Source of the DNA: a virus
DNA length: 64,000 nucleotides
IMG/VR virus record: IMGVR_UViG_3300028283_000002
Coordinates: 88,666-152,665 of that record
Reading direction: 5' to 3' (one strand)
The notes under the pieces were generated by a model. It ran no database searches. It was given only the letters and a program-made list of their open reading frames with translations, and was not told the origin of the DNA. Every line of letters starts with the position of its first letter. Position 1 is the first letter of the stretch. Of this stretch, positions 1 to 9,697 are shown in pieces. The translations under genes and the position numbers were made by a program.

Positions 1-620
1 TTATGTTGTGATACCTGCCAGGAATAAGGTTTATAAGGTTCGTCGTAATCCTTAATTTCATTTCTTCTATCTGGATTATTTCTATTATATTCTGTTTGTT
101 TTACAAATTCTTTATATCTCTCCCTATTTTCTGTTTCAGTTAAACCATGATCAGGTTTATAAATACCACTTCTGAAATCTTCTTTTGGTTTTTGTGTCGC
201 CGTTATGAACGGTCTTCCCTGACTGACTATGTTATCAGCCAATTTTCTCACTTCGTCGTGGGTTAATTCTTTACCGTCAACATAATACTTATTATCTTTT
301 CTTGTAACTGCTGGATTTTGTAAAGAAAAATGAGATTTACTCGAATATGTTTTCTCACCTTCCGAATTCCACACTTCTGTTATAGGAACAAAAGGTTCTA
401 ATCTAGAAACTTCCTTTTCATATTCTTTTGCTACATCTTTTATGGACACAAAAGGTTTTTTTTCTTGGTTTTCCTTTTCCTTCAATTCCTCGTAATGGAA
501 TACATTATTTCGTGCATCAGGTTCGGAAGAAGAAACATCTTTATTTAAATGTAAAGTTTCTTGCCACCATCTTACACCAGACTCATTTGGATCGTATTCA
601 CCATCTTTATTTCTTGCCAT
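1..620 (-). CDS. hypothetical protein, runs off the window edge
   Basis: Read manually: open frame from ATG at 620 (MARNKDGEYDPNESGVRWWQE...) to the window edge; absent from the ORF track. Confidence 0.7.
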   Translation of the reverse strand, partial: MARNKDGEYDPNESGVRWWQETLHLNKDVSSSEPDARNNVFHYEELKEKENQEKKPFVSIKDVAKEYEKEVSRLEPFVPITEVWNSEGEKTYSSKSHFSLQNPAVTRKDNKYYVDGKELTHDEVRKLADNIVSQGRPFITATQKPKEDFRSGIYKPDHGLTETENRERYKEFVKQTEYNRNNPDRRNEIKDYDEPYKPYSWQVSQH

Positions 621-1128
621 CACTCATATCTTTAATCTTTTTAACAATCTCTTTTTGTATAGTTTTAGTCAATTCATCTACCATCATCTGCTCAAATTCT
701 TTCATATGCTCTTCATACGTTTTCTTTTTTGTAGACTCAGGTGAATCTGGAAAAGTCTTAGGTAATTCTATATCAACGTCGTAATAATCACCTAACATTT
801 TTAATTTATTCCAATCATTTTTGTGAATAGAATTTCTGTACCATTTAACGTAAAAAACACATAAAGAATTAACAATTAATCCATTCTGTAACAGATAATC
901 GTGACTATCAGAATCTTCCCCACAATCTGTTTCGTGCCATCCTCGCCACCCGTCATCGTTGAATTTTTCTGGTTTGTCTATATCTGAATAATTTGCTGAT
1001 CCTCTTTTAGCAAAGCTAAAAGCAGTCTCTATTAGAAGAGTCAATTCATCGTTGATAGGATCTTTTAACTTTTCTTCTTTCTTAGGTTCCATATATAGAA
1101 GAAACCTAGATGTATCATTCCTGTGCAT
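607..1128 (-). CDS. hypothetical protein
   Basis: 173-aa ORF overlapping both neighbours in a minus-strand run. Confidence 0.7.
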   Translation of the reverse strand: MHRNDTSRFLLYMEPKKEEKLKDPINDELTLLIETAFSFAKRGSANYSDIDKPEKFNDDGWRGWHETDCGEDSDSHDYLLQNGLIVNSLCVFYVKWYRNSIHKNDWNKLKMLGDYYDVDIELPKTFPDSPESTKKKTYEEHMKEFEQMMVDELTKTIQKEIVKKIKDMSDGKK

Positions 1129-1297
1129 TTTTATCTTTTTTAAACCATCCTTTAAATTCTTTCCACGATATAGAATCTGGATTATCTTTCATATCAAACA
1201 TTCCAAAACGAATAGCCAATACAAAAGCTGCACCCATCATCACAAACACCATACAAAATATTAAAAAACAATATAATAAAATCGCTAATCCCATCAT
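1115..1297 (-). CDS. small membrane protein
   Basis: N-terminal hydrophobic stretch followed by a basic tail. Confidence 0.55.
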   Translation of the reverse strand: MMGLAILLYCFLIFCMVFVMMGAAFVLAIRFGMFDMKDNPDSISWKEFKGWFKKDKNAQE

Positions 1298-1372
1298 AAC
1301 TTTATAGTTAATAAAAATTTACTACTTTCTTTTAATTCATCTAATTTAGTAAATCCGTCTTTTCTAGCCATA

Positions 1373-1571
1373 TCAATCAAAACATTTACAGCTACATCTT
1401 CCTATTAATTTTATTAAAACTCTTTCTAATCTTTTAGCTGATTCAACTGTTATATTTTCGTATAATTTAAATCTTATTGGTTCTTCTTTATCATTTAGAA
1501 TTTCAGCAACTACTCTATCAACGTCTTTAATGTTTTTTTTATAATTCACTTTTATAAACGTAATATTTCAT
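1373..1571 (-). pseudogene. collapsed GIY-YIG homing endonuclease remnant
   Basis: Starts MKYYVY then stops; another frame reads ENITVESAKRLERVLIKLIGR, resembling the E-x-x-LI-x-x-IGR helix of phage GIY-YIG nucleases; the YIG segment is missing. Confidence 0.5.
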
Positions 1572-1873
1572 TTAGTTTTTAATTCTCTTTTTCTGTTAAT
1601 AATGATTTCCTCAGCCCTGTAAGCGTCCTGAATATTCATTTTCTTAACGACTATATCTTCACCACCGAAACTTGATATAATCAGTGTAGTCCCCCAGAGA
1701 GAAGTATCTACTTTCACTGCAGCTACATTAAGTATATCCATACTCATACTATCTTTATTCAAAAGACTTTTGTTCCTTTTACTAAATCTAATAATGTCGT
1801 TATCTATCTCTAACACGTAAGGTGTAAAGATAGGACCAAGACGAGTAATATCAGATGTGAATTTATTGTACAT
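1568..1873 (-). CDS. bacterial PH-domain-like protein
   Basis: Beta-strand pattern (...VAAVKVDTSLWGTTLIISSFGG...) followed by a C-terminal helix. Confidence 0.45.
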   Translation of the reverse strand: MYNKFTSDITRLGPIFTPYVLEIDNDIIRFSKRNKSLLNKDSMSMDILNVAAVKVDTSLWGTTLIISSFGGEDIVVKKMNIQDAYRAEEIIINRKRELKTK

Positions 1874-2202
1874 TAGGTAAAAATTATAAGATTGTTTTTT
1901 GTAGAAATAGCAGATAATTTATTCAAAAGATTTCTGAATTTTACGTGATAATTTCCAGATTGTGTCCAATCATCAATAAAAAAATCAATCCTATCAAAGA
2001 TAACCACAGTGTTTTTAGCCCTATCTAAGACTTCAAACAATTTATCGTTAGATTTATCTTTGAAAGAAATGAGAGTAGTTTTATCAGACAACGGGTACAT
2101 AACAGCCATTGTTTCAATCACTATGACGTCTTCGTCTTTAAAATGTTCGAGGAACTTATTTATTTTTTCGTAATACATAATTAGTGATTTTATTTTTAAC
2201 AT
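1873..2202 (-). CDS. hypothetical protein, weak resemblance to a RecA/DnaB-fold fragment
   Basis: VVIFDRID...LLNKLSAISTKNNLIIF; no Walker A. Confidence 0.45.
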   Translation of the reverse strand: MLKIKSLIMYYEKINKFLEHFKDEDVIVIETMAVMYPLSDKTTLISFKDKSNDKLFEVLDRAKNTVVIFDRIDFFIDDWTQSGNYHVKFRNLLNKLSAISTKNNLIIFT

Positions 2203-2291
2203 ACAAATATAATAATAAATTTTGGAATAAAAAATATATTGAAAAATAAACTTCTATCTAATTTTCATTTATATAAAAGAAAAGCTATACT

Positions 2292-2921
2292 ATGAAGATT
2301 TCCGTAATAATGGCGAGTTTCCTCAACATGCCTGGAAGAACACAGTTAGACGCTAAATTCAAAAGAGCAGTCACATCCTTCCTTAAACAATCACACGAAG
2401 ATAAAGAACTTATCATCGTCGCAGACGGCTGCGAGAAAACAATGCAAATATACAACGATAATTTTATAAATTACGATAATATTAAATTAATTCCTATTCC
2501 TAAACAACCACTATACTCCGGTGTTATGAGAAATATAGCATACGAAGTGGCTGAAGGTGATATAGTTACATATCTTGACGCTGATGATGTTATAGGCAAA
2601 AATCATTTATCTAGTATATTAAATCAATTTGATACAGAAAAATACGATTGGATTTATTACGATGATTATATGACTCTTGATAAAGACTTTAAGAAGTTAC
2701 ATGTTAGGGTAGTTGAGCCACGATACGCTTCTATTGGAACTAGTAGTATATCACATAAGAATCCAAAATTATTAAAAGACGGACAGTATCTTAAATTTTC
2801 TACGGGATATGGACACGATTTTGTTTTCGTGATGAAATTAGCTTCTTTGGGATATAGATTTAAGAAACTGGAAAAGATGCCTGAATATATTGTGTGTCAC
2901 TACCAAGGAATGGACGTGTAA
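2292..2921 (+). CDS. glycosyltransferase family 2 (GT-A fold)
   Basis: KISVIMAS, ELIIVADG, RNIA and YLDADD (DxD) motifs. Confidence 0.9.
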   Translation: MKISVIMASFLNMPGRTQLDAKFKRAVTSFLKQSHEDKELIIVADGCEKTMQIYNDNFINYDNIKLIPIPKQPLYSGVMRNIAYEVAEGDIVTYLDADDVIGKNHLSSILNQFDTEKYDWIYYDDYMTLDKDFKKLHVRVVEPRYASIGTSSISHKNPKLLKDGQYLKFSTGYGHDFVFVMKLASLGYRFKKLEKMPEYIVCHYQGMDV

Positions 2922-3736
2922 TTTATCAATTTATCAAATTCGTCATAATTCTTATTGATTATAATAATATATTTATATTGTTTCTCAACTTCTTCTTTTT
3001 GATATTTAATTCTACTGGCAAATTTATCCTTCCAATAAGATGATTTTATCTCGACTATAAGATTAAGTTCACTGATATAGAAATCTGAATGATATACTTT
3101 ATTTATACTATCACATAAGTATTTAATAGATGGTCCTCTTTCAATTTTAATTCTATCATAGTATTTTTCTAAAAAATCTAATTCGTAAGAACCTTGATAA
3201 TAAATGTCTGTGTTTCTAAAATTTTTAATTTTATTACCGGTTGAAAATGATTTAATTAAAATATCATGATTTTGTGTTGGATTATCACATCCATAATTTT
3301 TTCTATATGTTTCTATTCTATCTTCTAAACATTTCTGTGTCTGCATATTATGCTCCACTCCATATTTTTCAACCATAGTGTGTTTGATTTTATTTATCTT
3401 ATCACTACTTTGGAAACAGTTTTTAACCCCGTATAATTTCATATTAGTTTCTTCCCTTTTAATGTTAGAGCATATACCTTTACATAAATACATTTCAGTT
3501 TTGTTTTTTGTAGAATCTATATAAGTTGAATGAAGTATTTCCCTTTCTGTTCCACAAAAATCACATTTAACTCTTATTTTAGATTTACCTGGCGCTAATT
3601 CAATAGGCACATCTATTATGTCACCCAACTTGGTATTATAGAATTGTTCATGTTGTTTATAATGAGGAATATTTCCTCTATTCAATCTAATTTTCACTAT
3701 TTTTGTTAGTATCATCTTTTTTCTTATTTTTATCAA
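2900..3736 (-). CDS. homing-type endonuclease (KYGV-repeat region plus C-terminal PD-(D/E)xK domain)
   Basis: CDFCG zinc motif, KLYGV/EKYGV repeats, YHSDFY...LIVEIKS. Confidence 0.75.
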   Translation of the reverse strand: MIKIRKKMILTKIVKIRLNRGNIPHYKQHEQFYNTKLGDIIDVPIELAPGKSKIRVKCDFCGTEREILHSTYIDSTKNKTEMYLCKGICSNIKREETNMKLYGVKNCFQSSDKINKIKHTMVEKYGVEHNMQTQKCLEDRIETYRKNYGCDNPTQNHDILIKSFSTGNKIKNFRNTDIYYQGSYELDFLEKYYDRIKIERGPSIKYLCDSINKVYHSDFYISELNLIVEIKSSYWKDKFASRIKYQKEEVEKQYKYIIIINKNYDEFDKLINYTSIPW

Positions 3737-3854
3737 TATAATCTTTTATTATCTTATTAACCAATTTGGATTTAGTTATAAGTCCATCCTCGCAGAAATC
3801 ATCGAGTTCTTTAATAACTTCTTCATCTAATGTAAAACTAAAAACTTTCTTCAT
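3687..3854 (-). CDS. ribbon-helix-helix (CopG-like) DNA-binding protein
   Basis: MKKVFSFTLDEEVIKELDDFC...KSKLVNKIIKDY; start reassigned to ATG at 3854, downstream of a TAATATATA motif. Confidence 0.7.
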   Translation of the reverse strand: MKKVFSFTLDEEVIKELDDFCEDGLITKSKLVNKIIKDYIDKNKKKDDTNKNSEN

Positions 3855-3900
3855 ATTATATCTTATTATTTTATAATATATATTAAAAACTAAAAACGAA

Positions 3901-3926
3901 AAAAGATCCCACTGGGGATCTTTTTT
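3901..3926. terminator. intrinsic terminator, possibly bidirectional
   Basis: AAAAGATCCC-ACTG-GGGATCTTTT hairpin with A and T tracts. Confidence 0.75.
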
Positions 3927-3961
3927 CACAATTTAGCAGGTAAAGTTTTAACCAATGGTGG

Positions 3962-4618
3962 TCATCCAACATTTGTAGCTGGCAAAGTTTGTACCACAGG
4001 TAAAGCTGCAGGTGTAATAAAAGTCATATCTTCACCGTAGGCGGTTCCAACACTATTAGTAGCCTTTATTCTAAAATGATATAAAGTGCCAGGAATAAGA
4101 ACTGAAGTACTATTATACCCACCAGAACTTAATTGTAGTGAGCACATCACTGTTTCATTTCCGTTAACAACTCCAAATGAAGCTTCGTAATCGTAAGTGG
4201 TTCCTGTGCCGTAATCAAAATAAACGTGTGTAGATTCACCCAGTGGGTTACAACTACCATTGAGAGTAGCGAATGGTGGTGATACAGCGTTCCAATTAGC
4301 ACCACCTCTAACTTCTTGTGGTCCTTCCGGTGGAGGTGTACTATCCCATCCAACTAACCCGTAAACCCCAGGTGGTAAATCTTCTATAATGCAGTTATAA
4401 TCTTCTGCAGCTAAGATCATTTCCTCGGGTGTATGAGCAGTAATTTGTGGAGCTGGTATGTTCTCAATTGTGCGATACATATTGTTATTAATTTTCAGAT
4501 CCACCTTAAACGGGGCGATGCCGTCTTGTATGTGTATTTTTATCATACCATCAGCCAATCCGTAGCCTGATACAGGTAATACACAACCCCAAAATTTTAA
4601 ATTGTAATTTTCTTCCAT
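3962..4618 (-). CDS. Ig/fibronectin type III-like putative virion surface protein
   Basis: ATLNGSCNP..VYFDYG..LIPGTLYHFRIKATNSVGTAYG matches an FN3 pattern; SprB-like N-terminal part. Confidence 0.7.
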   Translation of the reverse strand: MEENYNLKFWGCVLPVSGYGLADGMIKIHIQDGIAPFKVDLKINNNMYRTIENIPAPQITAHTPEEMILAAEDYNCIIEDLPPGVYGLVGWDSTPPPEGPQEVRGGANWNAVSPPFATLNGSCNPLGESTHVYFDYGTGTTYDYEASFGVVNGNETVMCSLQLSSGGYNSTSVLIPGTLYHFRIKATNSVGTAYGEDMTFITPAALPVVQTLPATNVG

Positions 4619-4845
4619 AGTAATAATTACTTTTTGTCCCTAATAAGAGATTAAGAAAAATTGTTTCGAGTATAATTTAATCTTAACGGGTATCGTATTC
4701 TTCCGAAAAGCATCCTATGAGGATAGGCGTAGATAACCTAATTATTAATATGTCCCTATACGGGTGAGGCTTGTAGCACGTGTAAACACGTATGGTTATT
4801 TAACTGACTAGTCAGTATTTGTTATTCGTCCGTGATATATATAAT

Positions 4846-4873
4846 AAAAAAAGATCCTCTTTTGGAGGATCTT
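4846..4873 (-). terminator. intrinsic terminator
   Basis: AAGATCCTC/GAGGATCTT stem followed by a U tract on the minus strand. Confidence 0.7.
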
Positions 4874-4948
4874 AAAAAGGTGGACCCAGTGTATTGTATA
4901 GTGAAGTGGCACAACTTAACCAAAATCACTGGAAATTACCCACCAAAG

Positions 4949-7660
4949 TTATGAAGGACCTATATAGGTCGTAGGAGAATATTGAACATTCTGAATCTCC
5001 TCGTTTATAAAGTCCTTAGTTACTAAGTACCTGTGATTTATATCACTAGTATCACTGGCGTCTATTCTCACAACACTTAGTTTAATTCCTTTATAATAAT
5101 GAGCCTTTGGAGTACCTCTTAATTTAACCGACCAACCACTTGTGTCCCAGTCTAATATTGCCTGAATACCGATTAGTCCCACTATTTTATACAATCCTGA
5201 CCAGTCTGTATATGTGTTACCACTCAATAGATATAAATCTTCAATATAAATCCAGTCATTAACGTAGAATAAATCTTCTTTTAAATCTATTGTTGTTCCT
5301 GTTCCCCAAGTTGCACCTGTTGTTAATCTATCAATGAATGTACTTAATTTCATATAATATGAATTGTTAAATGTCGAACCTGTTGGGTTTGTTGGAACGT
5401 AAGTTGAAATATCCACTGGTAAATCTATCGGGCCTATTAATAATTGTTCAGTTTTAGCATTAGGTGTACCGTCATTGAACATTACATTAATATTCAATTC
5501 ATTGGAATATAAAGCTATATCAGGTCTTAATATAAAATCCACTGATTGTTTAAACGCTAGATCTTGATCAAGAGCCACTTGTAAAACCAAACCTTTATTC
5601 TCTACAACCATATCGTTAAATATATTTACCAAGAACTTACCTGTGTTTGGCACAGTAATTAGTTGTGATATTGTAGTAGTTATACCAGTTTGACCAGAAT
5701 GTGCTATATTATAATTTGCTATGTCTGTTGAAAACATATTATAAATTTCACTATAATCAACATTAACAGCGTTAAAACTTAAAGCTGGATAATTTTTAGT
5801 ATAATCAATTCCAATTTTAACAGTATCAGAATCAACAAATTGATTGGTTTGATATAATTTTAATATATCTTCCATATTTCTGAGTCTGTTTTTAATTTCA
5901 CTAACATCTGTTTGTGAATAGATTAGGCTTTTAAGTCTAACTATATCGTCGTTCATTGTTATAAATTCAGTAATAATAGTTGAGAACTGTTCGGATAAGA
6001 GAACGTAATTGCTCATAACTTTATTGTAGAGATCGAATCCAAATATATTATAAATCGAAGTTGGATCGTACCTTAATGGTAACATATCGTTATCAACTTT
6101 AAAATCCAAATTCAAGTTATAGATATAAGAATATCCGTCTTGATTAGAGTTAGTAACAAGTTTTTTTGTTAAAGTGATCATTCTGTCGCCAGATGTTCCA
6201 AAGTCGTTATCTGGGTTATCAAGAAATTCAATACCGTAAAGATTTGTATAGACTTTATTTGTACCGTGATCGTGTACTTGGTAGTACCAAAGAATTGCGT
6301 TAAAATCAAAATCTTCAGGTGGATTACCGTTTTGTGAAATAGAATTGAATTCGTCAAAATTTAAAACATTTGAAGCTGCAGTTTGAGCTTTATAATAATG
6401 TTTTAAATTGAAATCCATACATACACCGTCAATATTAGCATCGTCGAAATCATTTAAGAATTCAAAAGCGTCGTCTGCTGCTAATCCAACGTTATTAACT
6501 CTAAGTACACCAAAGTAATCTCCACTATATCTAATAGGATCACCAGTACTCATTTTATACGTTTTATCGTATGTATCAAAATATCCAAAATAAGAACCTG
6601 GATAATCATTAGGATTACTTCTTATAGGAGAACTTAAATTTTCTGAACCTATAATTTCGTCTTGAATCTGGTCATCGAGAATTGGAATAGATAAACCAGG
6701 ATAATAATTTGTATTAGTCTGTGTTTCAAATAAAACTGTTGGGGTCATTCCAGCGTGTGCTGGTATCATCGCTGTAAACTCTGTGAAAGTTTGTTGTGAA
6801 GATTGTACTTTACTAGTAGCTTGAATTTCACCGATATACTGTACTAATTTATGATAACTTAAATAACATATTGTATCTGTAGCGCCGAAAGCAGATGGCG
6901 TTAAAGTGTTGAATAAAGTTATAATTGTTTGATTTGTTGGGGGATTTTGTTCTATCAATGTGATTTCACAAGTTATACCTGTTAATTCAGCGGGTGTAGT
7001 TGAGCCAGAAAAAAGAATATTATCACCAACTCTGAATTTAGAGTAACTATTTATTGTAACTACGGCGTAGCCCAGTGAACCATCAACAGAACAAGCGTAA
7101 TTTTTAACTTCTCTTTCTTTCCAAAGATATTTTCTAAAATAATCTTGATTAGTAACAGTTGAAGCGTTATTGTTATCAAAATCAGAAAGATTTTTATCCC
7201 AATCTATTTTATGTTCAGCTGGTTCCAAGTCTATAATATTGTGTAATCTACACCATTTCCAGAATATTTCTTCTGTTGGTGTTTTTCTTTCCATAGGATT
7301 ATAGAAATCTTTATTAGCAGTAATTCTTGTCTCTCTGAAACAAGCGTCTTGGTTTGCTATGTAGTTTCTAATAGATTCAACTAATTGGTCAGAGTATTTT
7401 GTTGGATTACCAGCGTTTGGATCAAAATTATATGTATTTATACCGCGTGTAGGATCAACAACGTCTTGTTTTGAAAAGTTCAAAACTGGACCAGTGGTTG
7501 GATCGTTGCTTGATGGTATATTTAACAAAACGAATTTTGTAACTTGAACATCAAATGCCTCTTGAAATGGGTAAACATTGAAATCATTTGCTGCTGAAGG
7601 AAATGCTAAGAACGTCGTGCCACGTGTTCTTAAGCTTTTATAAAGGGGACAACTTGCCAT
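4949..7660 (-). CDS. large putative virion structural (baseplate/tail) protein
   Basis: 903 aa, beta-rich, TAATATATA upstream at 7681-7689, multiple [ST]GxT motifs. Confidence 0.65.
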   Translation of the reverse strand: MASCPLYKSLRTRGTTFLAFPSAANDFNVYPFQEAFDVQVTKFVLLNIPSSNDPTTGPVLNFSKQDVVDPTRGINTYNFDPNAGNPTKYSDQLVESIRNYIANQDACFRETRITANKDFYNPMERKTPTEEIFWKWCRLHNIIDLEPAEHKIDWDKNLSDFDNNNASTVTNQDYFRKYLWKEREVKNYACSVDGSLGYAVVTINSYSKFRVGDNILFSGSTTPAELTGITCEITLIEQNPPTNQTIITLFNTLTPSAFGATDTICYLSYHKLVQYIGEIQATSKVQSSQQTFTEFTAMIPAHAGMTPTVLFETQTNTNYYPGLSIPILDDQIQDEIIGSENLSSPIRSNPNDYPGSYFGYFDTYDKTYKMSTGDPIRYSGDYFGVLRVNNVGLAADDAFEFLNDFDDANIDGVCMDFNLKHYYKAQTAASNVLNFDEFNSISQNGNPPEDFDFNAILWYYQVHDHGTNKVYTNLYGIEFLDNPDNDFGTSGDRMITLTKKLVTNSNQDGYSYIYNLNLDFKVDNDMLPLRYDPTSIYNIFGFDLYNKVMSNYVLLSEQFSTIITEFITMNDDIVRLKSLIYSQTDVSEIKNRLRNMEDILKLYQTNQFVDSDTVKIGIDYTKNYPALSFNAVNVDYSEIYNMFSTDIANYNIAHSGQTGITTTISQLITVPNTGKFLVNIFNDMVVENKGLVLQVALDQDLAFKQSVDFILRPDIALYSNELNINVMFNDGTPNAKTEQLLIGPIDLPVDISTYVPTNPTGSTFNNSYYMKLSTFIDRLTTGATWGTGTTIDLKEDLFYVNDWIYIEDLYLLSGNTYTDWSGLYKIVGLIGIQAILDWDTSGWSVKLRGTPKAHYYKGIKLSVVRIDASDTSDINHRYLVTKDFINEEIQNVQYSPTTYIGPS

Positions 7661-7745
7661 TATCTATATGTTTTTTCTTTTATATATTAAAAATGGCGTG
7701 TTACATTTATTTTTTTATTTAGAAGATTTTGATTAATTTTGTACT

Positions 7746-7937
7746 ATGAAACGGGAAATGCGATATATCGTGGAAGTGCCATCTGGCGAGATTATATGGG
7801 TACCTTATAGTATCTTTAACATTCTTGCTGCCTATAACATGCTTGGTTACGATAAAAGAGGATTTCATTTCTTTGTTAACTCTAAAAGAAAAGAAGTTAA
7901 TGAGATTATAAAATACGAAAGTAAAATGGTATCGTAA
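7746..7937 (+). CDS. hypothetical protein
   Basis: 63-aa ORF filling a gap between genes. Confidence 0.45.
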   Translation: MKREMRYIVEVPSGEIIWVPYSIFNILAAYNMLGYDKRGFHFFVNSKRKEVNEIIKYESKMVS

Positions 7938-7948
7938 AAAAAGAAGAG

Positions 7949-8179
7949 TCACTTGGACTCTTCTTTTTCTTTTTTCTTCATACCTAGTATTTCCTGGTCT
8001 TTATCATCAATTTCCATCCATATTCTAAAGCCATCGTCATGATTAAACATAAATAATATATTCACGTCTAACCATAACATAATATCTACAAGAATGTCGT
8101 AAAACCAATTTCTGCCTTTTATATCTTCGTTACAAGGGTTGTAATAAATGGGTATTCCTCTATAATAGGCTTTTTTCAT
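7949..8179 (-). CDS. hypothetical protein
   Basis: 76-aa ORF with a 4-bp overlap with the upstream gene. Confidence 0.6.
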   Translation of the reverse strand: MKKAYYRGIPIYYNPCNEDIKGRNWFYDILVDIMLWLDVNILFMFNHDDGFRIWMEIDDKDQEILGMKKKEKEESK

Positions 8180-9111
8180 TCGTATTCACCGTTTATTTTT
8201 ATAGTATCGTCTTTGTCTTTCTTTGGATCGTAATCGTCTGCTCTCATACAAAATGCGTCTTTTTCATCTTCTTCTGGAAATTCTTCTTTAATAATTTCAA
8301 CTAAATTTTCTAACTGTTTCTTTGTTGGTTTTTTACCGTCTGTTGTGTGCACAAATAAAGGGAGTTTGTCTAAGTACGCTGGTCTCTTCTTTTTCTTTTT
8401 ATCTTCTTCATTAGAATTAATAAAGGCTCCACCATTTTCCTCTTCTATTTCGTCAATTAGTTTTTCCTTTTTCTTTTTATCAATCCATTCTTTATTCAAT
8501 CTTGATTCTTCCATGATTTCTTCTTCATCAGTTACTTCAATATAATCAATATCCTGAACATCCTTTTCCATGTAATCAGCGTATTTAATAGGTGGTTCTG
8601 TAACATCACCAAATTCAGAGTAATCTATTTCGTCTTTACCTAGATCTTCGAATTCTATATCAATCTTGAGAAAATCTTTTAATTTATCACTTAACGTAGA
8701 GTCTTCTATTTCATCGTTTGTTTCCATATAATCTAAGATGACGTCGTCTTCTGAAGCGAAGACATCTTCGTCTTCTACGTATTCTTTATTATACATTCTT
8801 TCTTCGTAATCGTCGTCATCGTCGTCTGATTCTTCAAGAGTTTCGTCTTCGTAGTTGAGTATCATTTCCTCTATCTCTTCCATATTTTCTTCTTCGGCGT
8901 AGATTTTCAGTCTTTCCATAAATGCGTCATAGTGATCATCATCTTCAAAATCAGACTCATCGTCTCTATAACTTAGAATATACTCTTTGAGTTCGTCAAT
9001 ATAATCGTCTTTACCCATGATATATCTAATAACATAGATATAAGGTTTTGTTTGATTATAGTGTGGTTTATCACCACCTACGAAATCGCTAAAACTCGTT
9101 AACTTTGCCAT
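8176..9111 (-). CDS. highly acidic hypothetical protein (candidate internal head protein)
   Basis: D/E-rich; N-terminus MAKLTSFSDF. Confidence 0.7.
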   Translation of the reverse strand: MAKLTSFSDFVGGDKPHYNQTKPYIYVIRYIMGKDDYIDELKEYILSYRDDESDFEDDDHYDAFMERLKIYAEEENMEEIEEMILNYEDETLEESDDDDDDYEERMYNKEYVEDEDVFASEDDVILDYMETNDEIEDSTLSDKLKDFLKIDIEFEDLGKDEIDYSEFGDVTEPPIKYADYMEKDVQDIDYIEVTDEEEIMEESRLNKEWIDKKKKEKLIDEIEEENGGAFINSNEEDKKKKKRPAYLDKLPLFVHTTDGKKPTKKQLENLVEIIKEEFPEEDEKDAFCMRADDYDPKKDKDDTIKINGEYE

Positions 9112-9120
9112 TTTGTTTAG

Positions 9121-9375
9121 TTATTTTTTAACAAATGTTTTTGTATATAAATCGTATTTTATATAAAATAATAGATTATATATTCCACTTTTTTCACATT
9201 TAGTGGCTCCAATTAATTGTGCACCATTTTCTAAATCATCTAATTGTCCAACTTCACCCATAGTCTCATCTAAATCAACATATGCTTTTTGTTCATTTTT
9301 AATATCTTCTATGGCTATTTCCATTCCACGAATAACTTTATTTGTTCTCTCAATAAATTCTTCTTTAGTTATCAT
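9121..9375 (-). CDS. hypothetical protein
   Basis: 84-aa ORF in an operon-like run. Confidence 0.6.
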   Translation of the reverse strand: MITKEEFIERTNKVIRGMEIAIEDIKNEQKAYVDLDETMGEVGQLDDLENGAQLIGATKCEKSGIYNLLFYIKYDLYTKTFVKK

Positions 9376-9389
9376 AATATTATCTTTTT

Positions 9390-9578
9390 TTATTCGACAC
9401 TATAATAAGAAGTCATTACCATAACGTTAGGACCAAAACTGTTGGGTTCAATATCAATTGAACTGATCATTTTTGTTAGATATAATGTATCTCCTTTTTC
9501 TAATTCGTTATTTACTTTATTAACTAATTCATTCATTAATACTGATTCACAATGTTGAATAGTTTTATCGGTGCCCAT
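9390..9578 (-). CDS. hypothetical protein
   Basis: 62-aa ORF directly downstream of TAATATATA (9586-9594). Confidence 0.55.
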   Translation of the reverse strand: MGTDKTIQHCESVLMNELVNKVNNELEKGDTLYLTKMISSIDIEPNSFGPNVMVMTSYYSVE

Positions 9579-9697
9579 TTTATTTTATATATTATTCTAT
9601 AATGGTCCTTATATTATATTTTATATTCAAAGTTTAAATTGGAAAAATATGACTTTAACATATTAATATATAGGCTTAACCAAAATAATTTTAAAAT

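Noticed and set aside
428-1307. Plus-strand ORFs 428-784, 1052-1264, 1110-1307 and similar short ORFs antisense to long genes
   Set aside because: They overlap better-supported genes on the opposite strand and show no recognisable motifs
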